Notes under the pieces: generated by a model
What the model saw: only the letters and a program-made list of their open reading frames with translations
Databases searched by the model: none
What the model was told of the DNA's origin: nothing
Position numbers and translations under genes: made by a program
Source: the human T2T-CHM13v2.0 reference genome, Homo sapiens
DNA length: 64,000 nt
Assembly: GCF_009914755.1 (NCBI RefSeq)
Contig: NC_060938.1
Direction: 5' to 3' (one strand)
Shown: positions 1-13,440 of the stretch, in pieces
Numbering within the stretch: position 1 is the stretch's first letter
How the letters are laid out: each line of letters starts with the position of its first letter

Positions 1-38
1 TTTTTGTTTACAGCACTTATTATAAATTGAGATGGATA

Positions 39-338
39 CTTTTTTTTTTTTTTTTTTTTTTGGGACAGTCTCGCTCTGTCGCTCAGGCTGGAGTGCAGTG
101 GCGTCATCTCAGCTCACTGCAAGCTCCGCCTCCCTAGTTCAGCCATTCTCCTGCCTCAACCTCCCAAGTAGCTGGGACTACAGGCAGCGCCACCACGCCT
201 GGCTAATTTTTTGTATTTTTAGTAGAGACGGGGTTTCACCGTGTTAGCCAGGATGGTCTCGATTTCCTGACCTCGTGATCCGCCCGCCTCAGCCTTCCAA
301 AGGGCTGGGATTACAGGCGTGAGCCACCGCCCCCTGCC
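39..338 (-). mobile_element. Alu SINE (AluY/S-like)
   Basis: Poly-T followed by the reverse-complement Alu dimer ending ...GTGAGCCACCGCCCCCTGCC; ATACTTTTT on both sides (TSD-like). Confidence 0.95.
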
Positions 339-1929
339 TATACTTTTTTTTTAAAGGACTATTGAAATGTTGAACCATCTGAACTACATTTTGAGCACTG
401 AATAGCTTAGTTTTAAATGTTATGGCTAGTAAGGAGACATCTGTAAAACATAAAAAATGAATCATTTGTCTAATCTACATTTTTAAAATATAAAAATTGA
501 TGAAACATTTTCTGTGTACTAAGGACTTTCATCATAAAAGTGACAATAAAGAAATGATGTTACAATAACCTCATCTCACTTAAATTGATAAAAATTGCCA
601 AGTTTATTTATGGTATTTATGCTTTTCTTATGATAGGACAAAATTAAAATAGCTAATTTGTTTGCCAAATGCCTGAGAAAGTAGTAATAACTAGTAATTT
701 TACCTTCTAATACCTTCCTAAGTAAAAATATTTACCCACATCCCAGATAAAGAAGGAATTAATATGTGAAATGATGTAAGGTTTTGGAAGAAAGTCTAAT
801 ATTTAGGGTAGTAAGTTTGATACCATATGCATACATAAAGGCACGGGTAGTGGGAGGAAGAGAGCAAGAAAAGAGAGCAGGATAAACTTTAATGGGTACA
901 AATTAGTAAAGAGCTTTCTGATGTGCCATTCTAGAAATGTAGACACCTTCCAAAGGCAACAAATCGTGGTCTACATAAGATTTCTACTAAAGAAACAAAT
1001 TGACCCAATTATTGTTTTCTGACAGGTAATTTATAGGATTGTAAAGAATGAAAGTCAGTTCCTCACAAACAAATCTGTGCACTGGAAGACAGCCCATTAC
1101 TGCCTGTACCCTTTTCAACTGTTTTTCCAGGAAATGGCTACATAATATCATTTCCAATCTAGATTCCCTACAACATCTCTAAACCTATTTGAATTTACTA
1201 GATTCTCTAAATAAATATTGACCATTCCTATGTGCTTAAATACAATTAAAATGCCTAAGTCCTTTAGGAGATTTAGTTCATCTGTAAAGCATTTCCAAAA
1301 GGCATTTCCAACATTTGATAACATTATCACCCTTTGCAATGATTTTGTACCATCTCTTACAACATCCCAAGGTTAACACCCTACCATATACAGTTCTACA
1401 GTTAGTGGAACTAATCCTCTTCTTTCCTCAGATAAACTTGAATAAAAGACCCATACATTTTTCTACAAAAATACAGTGTATTTCTGCTGGGCATCAGCAA
1501 ACATACACTACAGCCTTCCCACCCTGGCAATGTTTGTAAATCAGCATCTATAGAAACATACAACTGCAGGTTTAAAATGAAAAGTAGCAGCCTTTCATAT
1601 AGCCCTATATACTCCATTATGGCTAAAAGTTATTTCATTAAATGTGGCATAACAGGTTAAAAATACAAATAGCCTAATAGGATAATCTAGTATATCACAA
1701 TTAGTTCTGTGGTTTTAGAAGAGAATTATATTTTTAAAAATTATGTATTTGTCAAAGCCATTTTGTCAAGGAAAGCCTAGTCAGAAAAATTGTGGTTAAG
1801 GCCCCCTCGTTAATGATTTTTTCTTTATTTGATGTGAACATAGTTCTTTATATAAATCCTCCTTGTCTATTTGATAATGTAGACTCATTTCAATGCATAT
1901 ATTACTCAGCTAATGTACCATTTACCCCT

Positions 1930-1969
<40 letters not shown>

Positions 1970-2131
1970 TTCATTCATTCATTTATTTGAGGCAGGGTCT
2001 CTGTCACCCAGGCTGGAGTGCAGTGCCACAAAGAGAGCTCACTACAGCCTCGACCAATTGAGATCAAGTGATCCTCCTGCCGGAGCCTCCTAAAGTGTTG
2101 GTATTATAGGTGTAAGCCACTGCACCTTGCC
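1930..2131 (-). mobile_element. FLAM/old Alu monomer with (ATTT)n tail
   Basis: (TATT)n then a single Alu arm GAGGCAGGGTCTC...GTAAGCCACTGCACCTTGCC. Confidence 0.85.
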
Positions 2132-2269
2132 TATTAAATAGTTGCACTTAAGAAAGTTATAAAATTTATACCGTAAATGTAACATTATTCAATATGATCC
2201 CTGGTGTTTCTAATTGAATAACTAATTACAACGACTATAAAAATCAGAATGTGAATAGTACTGTAAAGT

Positions 2270-2865
2270 TTCTTTTATATTGTCAAAAATATAAATAATA
2301 CAAAACTTACCATTTAACCATTTTTAAGTATACAGTTCAGTGGCATTAAGTATACTTACATTGTTGTGCAATCATCACCATTATCTATATCTAGTACTCA
2401 TTCATCATTACAAACTGGAACTCTGTATGTATTAAATAATAACTCCCCATTCCTTCCTTTCCCCACCCACTGGTGACTGCTACTCTATCTTCCATGTCTA
2501 TGAATTTGACTATTCCAGGTACTTCATGTACATACAATCATACAATGTCTGTCATTTGTGTCTTATTTTACCTAGCATGTCTTCAAGATTGATTCATGCT
2601 GTAGAATGTAGAAGAATGTCCTTTGTTTTAAGGCTGAAAAATATTCTTTTGTATGTATTAAATATTAAACCACATTTTGTTTATCTCTTCATATCCTGAT
2701 AGACATTTGGGTTATTTCCACCTTTTGGCTATTATAAACAATGCTGCTATAAATGTTGATGTACATATTTCTGTTTAAGTCTTTACTTTCAGTTCTTTTG
2801 GGTATATTTACCAATAAGTCAAATTTCTACATGATATGGTAATTTTATATTTAAAATTTTAATGG
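2270..2865 (-). mobile_element. Old L1 (L1MB-like) 3' fragment
   Basis: Typical L1M 3' UTR antisense text (TACAGTTCAGTGGCATTAAGTATACTTACATTGTTGTGCAATC; CATTTGGGTTATTTCCACCTTTTGGCTATT). Confidence 0.8.
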
Positions 2866-3417
2866 TATTTAGCTTTAATTTCTTGCACTAATTTAACAGC
2901 ATATTCTAGCTGAGAAATACATATATGAGTTAACAAAATCTCGTTTATATTCTTATTTCAATCTTCCTCCCATTTATCTTCCAATACAATATCCTAAAAA
3001 TTTGATCCCACCTTATATTTACCTGATGCTCTCAACCCAATCAATAATGTTGGGGAAACACTAGAAAGATTTTGGTAATTACTCATCTCCATGACATTCA
3101 CAAAGTTGATGCACAAGGCTTTTAGTTGAGGTAAAAAAAGGAAAAAAAGAAAAATAATTCTAGAATCTATTTCAAGTTTGACAATATGAAAATGGATACA
3201 AAGTGTATTTAAATATTTTTATTTCTTGGAATATTCAAAATCTGAATTGGGCTTCAAAATTAGTAATTTGGTGGAGGGTTTGTCTTCTTGGGGGATAAAG
3301 TCATTTTCTCCTCTGAAGAAGATTACTACATAGTTGGCTTTGAATTGAAAAATATATAAAAATAAAGTTAGTCATTTAGCGTTAATTCTATTGTACCTTG
3401 TAGAAATTTAAACACAT

Positions 3418-3713
<296 letters not shown>

Positions 3714-4086
3714 GAAATTTAAACACATAAAGCACATAAAGGAAACAATCTTTGATTTTCTAATTTTGAGAAAATCTAAACAGTTCGTTCATACAGATTT
3801 AATCCATGAAAACTGAAATATAGGCTCAAAATGAGTTAATAATTCAAGTTGGTTCATTAAATCTTTTATGTTGAAAATCATAGAATTCTATGTAGACAAG
3901 CATAGCCTCCAATATTTAAGTGAACAAATAGGTTTCCTTCACAAATATTTTAACAAATATATGTTTATTTACCATGTGAATTATCTATGAAGATAAAAAT
4001 TCAACAGTTGGAGTACCTAAAACTTCTCAATATTAGAAGAAAGTTTGCTTCCACTTCTAGAAAACAGATTTTGATGAAATCTTAAA

Positions 4087-4389
4087 TTTTTTTTTCCTTT
4101 TTTTTTTTTTTTGAGACGGAGTTTCACCTGTTGCCCAAGCTGGAGTGCAGTGGGCTCAATCTCAGCTTGCTGCAACCTCCGCCTCCCAGGTTCAAGAGAT
4201 TCTCCTGCCTCAGCCTCTCGAGGAGCTGGGACTACAGGTGCATGCCACCACGCCTGGCTAATGCTTTGTATTTTTAGTAGAGACAGGGTTTCACCATGTT
4301 AGCCAGGATGGTCTAGATCTGACCTCGTGATCCGCCCGCCTCAGCCTCCCAAAGTGCTAGGATTACAGGCATGAGCACCGCGCCCAGCC
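4087..4389 (-). mobile_element. Alu SINE (AluS)
   Basis: Poly-T plus reverse-complement Alu dimer. Confidence 0.95.
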
Positions 4390-5117
4390 TTGAATTCCTG
4401 ATAACAAAATATAGGACCACAAATAATTTACTGATATTTTTTAAAAACTCCAAATACCAAAAATTATCAGACACAATGGCTATTTGAGTAAATATATTTT
4501 TTGGAATGCTAATTTCAAGACATTACCATAGTTTAAAATCTCTTAGCTTAACAACTGAAGCCTGCAGTAGGCTCAATCTTTTGTTGTTATTCATAATCAT
4601 TGCTAAATTAATTCATAGTGGTTCCAAAATTAAACAAAACTTCTTGTCAAAGTTCAATCACAAATTGCACTAAAACAAACAAGGATCTGATAAGATTCTA
4701 TCACTTTCTTGGGCAGATTCTGTGTTTAATTTACATATATTTGTAAAATTGCAATAAATCATTTGGCTGATGCTAAAAACAATGCTTCAGACATGGACAG
4801 AAACTACTTATAATAATGTTTCTCACCAGCTCAATTCAGAACCTGCTCCATCTTTAACATGGAAGAAGTTCATACTTCACTACCTCGACGGCAAAACTAT
4901 TCCTTAGAAAACAGGTACCACAGTACAATAAGCACATTTTTTCACTAAAATTATTCAAATATTTAAAAAGTTAATCCTTATAGAGAATTGTTGTATGTTT
5001 ATTAAGTTACTTATATGCTATTCCTGTTTATATTCCACCTTTAATTCTAACTTCCTTCTTCCTGAAAACCATTTTTCCAAAATTCTGTTAGCAGGTGTTT
5101 GGTATGGCTAAATTCTT

Positions 5118-5430
5118 ACACACACACACACACATACACACACGCACACTTCTCTCAATATATATGTGTATATATGTGTGTGTATATACACATATACATA
5201 TATATGCGTATGTGTGTGTATATACATATATACATATATATGCATTACATATAATGTGTCTACATATGTACATGTGTATATGTATATGCATTTTTCTATA
5301 TGTGTATATTTTATATATAATATATACACACATAATATATACATATATATGAAATATATACATATATTTAGAAATGTGTGTATATACATATATATATACA
5401 CATACACACAGTCACACATGCATAAATATA
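5118..5430. repeat. Compound (CA)n/(TA)n/(TG)n microsatellite
   Basis: Alternating purine-pyrimidine tract; source of the spurious Y/I/H/T/V/C-rich ORFs. Confidence 0.95.
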
Positions 5431-5965
5431 TTTCAATAGTTTTGGGGGTACAAGTGATTTTTGTTATTATATGAATGAATTGTGTAGTGGCGAAGTGTGA
5501 GGTTTTAGTGCACCAGTCACTCAAGTAGTTTACATTGTACTCAATATGCAGGTTTTTATCCCTCACGCCCCCCACCCTCCCTCCTTCTGAGTGTTGTATG
5601 CCTTTGTATATGCATAGCTTAGCAAGTGAGAACACACAGTATTTGGTTTTTCATTCTTGAGTTACTCTACTTTGAATAATGGCCTCCAGCTCCATCCGAG
5701 TTGTTGCAAAAGACATTATTTCACACTTTTTTATGGCTGAGCAGTATTTCATGGTGTATGTAAACTGCATTTTCTTTTTTCATTCATCAGTTGATGGGCA
5801 CTTAGGTTGGTTTCATATATTTGCAATTGTGGATTGTGTTGTAGTACACATAAGCATGCAATTGTGTTTTTTATATAATGACTTCTTTTCCTTTGGATGG
5901 ATACCCAGTAGTGGGATTGCCGGAATCAATGGTAGACCTACTTTTAGTTCTTCAAGAAATCTCCT
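5430..5965 (-). mobile_element. L1 (L1MA/L1PB-like) 3' end
   Basis: TTTCAATAGTTTTGGGGGTACAAGTG...GATACCCAGTAGTGGGATTGC, antisense L1 3' end. Confidence 0.85.
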
Positions 5966-6664
5966 TGTATGGCTAAATTCTATGGCTTTGTTTGTCTGAC
6001 ATTTTAAAAGTTATTTATTCCTCATTCTTCAGTAATATAAATGTTTCCTATGACATATAGTATCAACATTTTAAAGGTTTTATAATTAGATTAATATATT
6101 ATGCAAAAACAATATAAAGTATAAGAATTTAGGCAAGCAGAGGATGGGATAATAAGGTGCAGCAACATTTAACATTGGAGAGAAGAACAAGAACCTACAA
6201 AAATATAGAAAAGCAATAGCTCTAGAGTTAGGACAGCAATCAAGATAAGTGGTTTCCTGAAGTTAAAAATAGGAATGGTTTTCAGGGAGCAAAGTTTCAC
6301 TTAGAAGACTAATTCAAATGCAGTATGAAAGGAAGAATGTATATAGAATTTAGAAGAAAGGTGATATTGAGAACCTTTACAAGTGCAGTTTTAGTGTAAC
6401 AACATGTTTTTGAACAAATAGCAAAGCACTAAGGAGGCAGTGAGGAGTGAAATAAACAATGCAGCTAGATGATGTGGACCATTACTCTAGCCTTCTGCTA
6501 TGTATGGCTAAAATTAGGGGAGAGGTTAGGATGATGTAGTGTTAAGAGAGGTTTTTCCATCATTGTTATCATTGGAATAAACAATTGAATGAATATATGT
6601 AAATACTAATAGAAGGAATCTATAGAAAGGGAGAGCTCAAAGTTCCAGGAAAGGCATAAGATGT

Positions 6665-7040
6665 TGAATTGTGTTGTGAAGTGGGTTTCCCAAGTAGACT
6701 GCCCCTGGTATCAATGGGACAGATACCTGTGGAAGGAGGATGAATTGGGCAGAGGGAGATATCCACTGCAATGCAGACCAGATAAAAGCCTTCAGAAACT
6801 TCACAGGAGCCTGTGTATCTATAAAGACTTTTCTACAGAAAAATATTTTATAGACTTCAGATATTATAAATAGATTTTAAGAAATCTATTTGTAAATAGA
6901 ATCTATAAAGCCATCTGAACAGATGAGTTATTTGATATGAGCTGGCAGGAAAGGGCTGTACTTTTGAGTAAGGTGGATCTCTAGAACTGAGGCAGTCACT
7001 GAGCGGTGAAGGCTGTCTGCCAAAAACAATCCCAAAAACT
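6665..7040. mobile_element. Degenerate MaLR (MLT1-type) LTR fragment
   Basis: GTGGGTTTCCCAAG...GAATTGGGCAGAGGGAGA...CAGTCACTG motifs resemble old MLT1 LTRs. Confidence 0.4.
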
Positions 7041-7247
7041 GAGTCTGATAAAGGCAAGGGTGGTTGTGATCCTAAGCATAGATAAAATAACAACTTTGGA
7101 TAGATAAAGAAAACATTTTCAGTAACAGAAAGGCCAGCCTATGATGACATGAAAAGACATAACTAGCTCTTGGTATATATGTAAAAGATACAAATTAGAG
7201 GCAAATCTCTAGTGGTTGGACAGGTGTTTAAGAAATAATAAATTCGG

Positions 7248-7629
<382 letters not shown>

Positions 7630-7764
7630 TCAAATGTAGGTTATCAACCCAGAAAGACTGTAATGCAATGGAGAAACTTGACATCTAAACAGTGAGTGGG
7701 GAAAAGGGTAGTTATATTCATTTATGGTTTCTTAAAGTGCCGAGGACTATGCTAAGCATTTTAT

Positions 7765-7915
7765 GAGAAGCAGCATTGCACAGTGGTGATGAGTAAGGGC
7801 TCTGGAGCCAGAGAGCCAGAGTTAACAATCAAATACTGTCACTCACAGTCGATTGACCACAAACAAGTTACTTTCTGAATTCGATTTTCTCTTCTGTGAA
7901 ATTGAATTAAAAGTA
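7765..7915 (+). mobile_element. MIR fragment
   Basis: AGCAGCATTGCACAGTGGT...GGCTCTGGAGCCAGA...CAAGTTACTT...TCTGTGAAAT core MIR text. Confidence 0.6.
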
Positions 7916-9362
7916 ATATTACTAAATTTATTTTTTATTGCTGTAGGATTATGTGAAAGTTTATATGTAGATATTGTCACTGAATAGATGATTGACATTA
8001 TCTTTATGATAATCAAAGTCATGTGAGGAAAAGCAGGAACCTTAAACCTTGGTTTGTGGGATGAGACACAGAAATCATAAGAAACACATATTCACTTAAT
8101 GACAGTAAGGTAAAAGATGAAATTGAGAATTGAATGAGGAAAAATTTAATCCTAAACTATTGAGCTTTTAACCTAGATTTTCTTACATTAAGCCTCTAAC
8201 TGTCAAGATAAATTCCAGAATGTGAATTAGGTTTGAAATATATATATGTGCATTTTGATTGACTATAATTGTGAAAAGCCAGAAAATTAGTTCACGGCAG
8301 ATTCTCAGGAGCAAAAGAAGCAAGAGTTACATTCATCAAGCACTTGATATATGTTGGTCATTGATAAAAGCACTCTATGTACATTATTTTATTTAATCCT
8401 CAGAAATATCAAGTGAATTAACGATTTTTAGAAACATAGGAGATTTAACTAAGTCAGGGAAAGATTAAAAGGTGATAACTGGCTATATTTATTGGACCTC
8501 TGCAGAATTAGCCATTGGATGTGAGTTGGACAGGAAAGAGGTGTATACAGTTATAATAATTCAAATTGGTAAAATCTGAAATCATATAGGTTTTTCTCAT
8601 TTCAAAGTATGTTGGGCCACATGTGTGTTCATATCACTGCAGATAGTCTCATGAAACTGAAAGAAATATATAATAAAAAAAGGGAAATAAAAAAGAGAAC
8701 ATAAATAGGGGCCACACATGAACATGAGTTAATTCTTCTCTCACAAATAAATAATTTACACATATAAAGTCTTATGAAGACATACTATAGTACTAATTAT
8801 AAGAAATAAAAATAATGTTTACCTACTTTCTGATTTATGTTTATTTTTATTAGCTGTTAATAAACTACATGGTTTTAATATGCATATCTCAGAGTTCTTC
8901 TGGTCTTACCTCCCTGGAAAGTAATGACGGACATTTTCACTGTCTTGAGTGTCCACCTATGGAATGCAGAATCTTGGCACCTAAGATGTCCTCTGATAGC
9001 ATGTCTGAGATTTGTGGAAGGTGCTTTACAAGTGTTTGTGTATGTGCCCAATCTGAATGAAAATTTATCATTACTATTATTGCATTTATCCTACAAAGTG
9101 TGGTTGCAGCTCTGTAGCGTAAAACAAAATTAGAGTTGCTTCTTCACTGGGTACCTCAGTGCTGCTTGACTCTGCTGGGCTTTCGAGGACCACTTGGTCT
9201 CCTCCACTCTCTCCTCTGATCTGCATAATCATTCATTCTCCTGCTCTGCTGTGCAGCACAGTTCCCACATGGGATGTTGCTAACACTCCAAGGCAGCATA
9301 AAGGGATGGGGAGAACACCCTTTACTTTTGGCTTCAGATTCACTGGACGAGTCCCACAGTAG

Positions 9363-9916
9363 TGTCAAGGCATGTGAAGCAGAGCAACTCCATCTTAAAT
9401 AGAAGCTGGGTAAAATGATGCTGAAACTTACTGGGCTGCATTCCCAGATGGTTAAGGCATTCTGAGTCACAGGAGGAGATAGGAGGTCAGCATAAAATAT
9501 AGATCATAAAGTCCTTGCTGATAAAACAGGTTGCAGTAAAGGAGTTGGCCAAAACCCACCAAAACCAAAATGGTGACGAGAGTGACCTCTGGTCGTCCTC
9601 ACTACTACACTCCCACCAGCTCCCACGGCAGTTTACAAATGCCATGGCAACATCAGCAACTTACCCTATATGGTCTAAAAAGGGGAGGCATGAATAATCC
9701 ACCCCTTGGTTAGCATATCACCAAGAAATAAGCATAAAAATGGGCAACCAGCAGCCCTCAGGGTTGCTCTGTCTATGGAGTAGCCATTCTTTTATTTCTT
9801 TACTTTCTAAATAAATTTACTTTCACTTTGCACTGTGGACTTGCCCTGAATTCTTTCTTGTGCGAGATCCAAGAACCCTCTCCTGGGGTCTGGACTGGAA
9901 TCTCTTTCCTGTAATA
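9363..9916 (+). mobile_element. MER41A 5' LTR
   Basis: TGTCAAGGCATGTGAAGCAGAGCAACTCCATCTT...CTTTCCTGTAATA matches the recalled MER41A consensus; AATAAA present. Confidence 0.9.
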
Positions 9917-9922
9917 TCTTTC

Positions 9923-9940
9923 TGGTGACCAGGAAGGGAC
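9923..9940 (+). promoter_or_regulatory. Primer binding site, tRNA-Arg(TCG)-like
   Basis: TGGTGACCAGGAAGGGAC vs TGGCGACCACGAAGGGAC (complement of the recalled tRNA-Arg-TCG 3' end plus CCA), 2 mismatches, 6 nt after the LTR. Confidence 0.7.
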
Positions 9941-11427
9941 TATACTGAGGAAACCCTGACCCAAAGGCTAACTTTGGGTAAGTGGTGGGGTCCAGTAACA
10001 TCTTTCTTGCAAACCACCAAAGGGTCAATACTGAGGAGATGCCTCAACCCAAAGGAAATAGATGGCAGCACTGACTGGATGACTTTGGGTAAGTGGTGGG
10101 GTACCCAGGTAAATAATAGAATTGAGTTAGAGGCCCATTTTAGGGAAGTTAGAGTCTCTCTCAACACAGAGTGGGTTAGAAACCCCTCTTAATAAAAGGC
10201 AAGGACGCTTGACCGACCTTAGGTTAGAGGCCCAACTTGGGAGGGTTAGTGTCCCTTCTAAGATTTAGGTGGTTAGAGGCCCCTCTCAGTGAAGCCACTC
10301 TTGGTTAAGAACAGGTTTGGCACTATAGGATGCTAACTGCTATTCTCTTTGGATTAATTTGCCTTTCACTCTTTGCTGATGGCTGTGGGTGACAAGATTA
10401 GGCATGTACAGGATCATGGGACATGGGCAGCTTTTTCTTCCCTAAAAGGGGAAACGTGAGAGTTGATGAGACTGCTGGAAAAAGTCCTTTGCTACCGACA
10501 AGTGGCCACCTGAGCTTTTCATTGTCAGCTGCAATGAGTGGGCCTTTTCTCTAGTTCCTAAGCTCTTCACTTTCCCCACCCTGCCACAGGCAATGCTTTC
10601 CTCCTCTGCTTTTACTTTCGTATCTTTTCTGTTACTTAGGGCAACCATATTGCCCAGAGACCACATATTGAAACTCCAAGTTGGAGGTTGGATTAAAGAT
10701 GATGGGGCCCATCTGGGGGCAAATTTAAGCCTTGCCAGTTTGATATTGGGTGCTAAGTAGAGTGGCTAAATGTCTATGTTTTATCACATGTATTTTGTTC
10801 TGGCCAGAATGAAAAAAAAATGTTTCCTTAATGATGTGGCTTGGCCTCCAGGGCGATGGTGCTACAAGCCAGACCACTAGGGCTGCTCAGAGAAAGAGAA
10901 CACAGAAGCCTGGCATGCCAGCAAAAGGGTAAGAATTTCTTACCAGTCAGATTTCTTGCTTCTCTCTGTGGAAATGATTGAATAAATGGGAGGAAAAATC
11001 AGTATTTATCTCCTCTGTAAAGTTTTGATTAATGTGAAAAAGAATTCTAAGGCTAGTCTTAAACTAGTATATTTTGTGTTATGAATTCATTTTTCTGTGT
11101 CAAGGGGTACCTTAGGATAAAACACAGGCTTAGAACACCTGTAAGCCCACTTTTCAAAACAACCCAGAAAGCTGGTCAGTAACAAACGTGGCTGCAGGTC
11201 CCTGAAATGAACCAAAAAACTGAATGAAATCTCCACTTTATTTTATGTCCTTGGAAGCCTGACCTTTTAACGATGTGGTGGTACTTTCTTTTGGTCTCCG
11301 CCTTCAAGGGAACATAAATTTTAGGGTTCGTGTCATAGCTCTAAAAATCACATTAAATAGTTAAAAGGCTTTGCAAGGTCAAAATTAACTACTCTAGGCT
11401 TCTTCTAGGAAAGGAATTGGAAACTAC

Positions 11428-11500
11428 CCTGTGCTGTAGCTCAGTAGGTAAGGTTTCACACTTTCATACGGTGGTCCAGGTTCAATTCCCCACCTAGAAA
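11428..11500 (+). pseudogene. tRNA-like (Glu-TTC-like) relic inside the MER41 internal region
   Basis: A-box TAGCTCAGTAGG (11437-11448), CTTTCA anticodon-loop-like motif (11461-11466), B-box GGTTCAATTCC (11479-11489), ~73 nt span. Confidence 0.55.
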
Positions 11501-11645
11501 GTAAGTCTTTTCTGGTTTAATATCTGTGTGACCTTGTCTATTCTCTTCCATGGACTGTTAAAATTTCCTTTCTCTAAGCCCCTGGGAGGATACATTTGGT
11601 AACGTTCAAAGCCAAAAATATTGGCCGTTTGGCAAAAGAAATTCT

Positions 11646-11941
11646 TTTTTTTTTTTTTTTTTTTTTTTGGAGATTTGAGTCTCGCTCTGTTGCCCAGGCT
11701 GGAGTTCAGTGGCACAATCTCGGCTCACTGCAAAGCTCTGCCTCCCAGGTTCACGCCATTCTCCTGCCTCAGCCTCCCGAGTAGCTGGGACTACAGGTAC
11801 CCGCCACCACACCCAGCTAATTTTTTGTATTTTTTAGTAGAGATGGGGTTTCACCGTATTAGCCAGGATGGTCTCGATCTCCTGACCTCGTGATCCGCCC
11901 ACCTCGGCCTCACAAAGTGTTGGGATTACAAGCGTGAGCCA
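11646..11941 (-). mobile_element. AluY nested in the MER41 provirus
   Basis: AluY diagnostic text (GGTTCACGCCATTCTCC); TSD GGCA[A/T]AAGAAATTCT at 11631-11645 and 11942-11956; slightly 5'-truncated. Confidence 0.95.
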
Positions 11942-13440
11942 GGCATAAGAAATTCTAAAAGCACTTTATTAAAGAATGCTATGGTTAAAAAATCAGTTTA
12001 ATTAAAAGTGAATATTCAAGCTCTAACAGCCTGGACTCTTTGGGAAAAACAGGAGGCACCACAGACCCCTTTCCTGGCCCTGTTCTTCCAAGGGCTCCAC
12101 CCTAAAGCCAGTAATCCAGTTAAGAAGCTTAAAAACTAGCAAACAAAAAATCTTACAACTACTGTAGTAATCTTCTTTGGTCTTTCTGTGTAGCCATATA
12201 TGTGTTCTGTGTAATGTTTATATAAAACAGCTCTAATTAATTGGCTTAAACAAAAATAAGTGCTTAAATCAAATATTTTAAAAGCAAAATAAAAGCTGTA
12301 ATGTCTTTTAGTTCATGTAACTTTAGTAATCTTTGGGAAATAAAAACACCTTTAAAATTATTGATAAAATAAAAACATTTAGTATAAATTACAAAGGTCA
12401 GATATTAAGTTTGCTAAATGCTTTAAGGTCATAAACTGCTTTTTTAACTTTTAACAATGGTTCAATTTACCTACCTTAAAGCCGTTAGATTCTAGATAAG
12501 GCCTGGAGACATGTAGAATTAGCCACGCCCCCTAGCTATACAAAGAAGATTATAAAGAAAGAGATTTTATATAAGAAAAGATCTTGTATGGTAAATTATT
12601 GTTCTAAAGTAAAATGACTGGTTGTTTAAAAGGAGGGATGTTTAGGGCAAGTCAGAATGTCTAAGAATGTCTCAGATCGTCTCTGTGAGTCATAAAAAGG
12701 TTTATGAAAGGTGATTTATACAATAAATGTTGTACAATTCAAAGGTTGTTAAGCCTCCTAAATGCTTCATAATATGCCACTATGACTCTTACTGTACAAC
12801 TTGCCTGCTTTACAGCTGGGTAAGGCCTGGGGACATTTGGAGTTAGCCACTACCCCTAGCTATCCTGGAGAGTCAGGTTTATCTGCACTTCTGCTTGGTG
12901 CGTCCTAGGCTAGGCTCCACCCCTAGCACATAATTAAAATCTCAAACTTACCAAGGTTTTCACCAAAATTAAAAGTTGCTAAGAGTTAACATTATAACAT
13001 GTAATTGAAACTACTAAACAAACAATTTTATATGCAAGGTATGTGAAGATAGTAAAAGTGTTTTTGGTGAAAGATTATAAGAAGTCATGAAAATGTGGAT
13101 TTTTTTTTTTTTGCCTAAAGTGTTAAAGAATTGTTTTAAGTAAGAAAAATAAAACTAAAGATTTAAACAAGTTGTGAAAGGTTTATAAAATTTGATTGTA
13201 AGAGATTCTGTGTGTGAACATACTGGCTAAAGTTAAAGAGGTATTATTCAGTTTTTCTGTAAATTAAACATTGGAATAAAAACACAATAGGTTTTTCTTA
13301 GAGCACTGATCTGCTCTTTCATATACAAAAAAATTAAAGGGTTATAAAAGATTTGTAAGGATCTTACCTTATGGTTAAACATTAAAATTGCATAAATATG
13401 TCTATAAAGTTTTATTAAAAATTGGGTTTATCATTAATAG

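Noticed and set aside
32-247. Short ORFs overlapping Alus (also 4111, 7309, 11596-11893, 17825, 53581 and 56387)
   Set aside because: Typical Alu-derived reading frames
5088-5635. Overlapping ORFs up to 175 aa rich in Y/I/C/V/H/T (also 16620-16946, 25531-25814 and 58297-58743)
   Set aside because: Translations of (TA)n/(CA)n microsatellites and adjoining repeat-derived or low-complexity sequence, not genes
9140-9362. GC-richer flanks of the MER41 provirus (continuing at 16428-16535) as an exon or promoter
   Set aside because: More likely an older LTR split by the insertion, but I cannot identify the family or support any function
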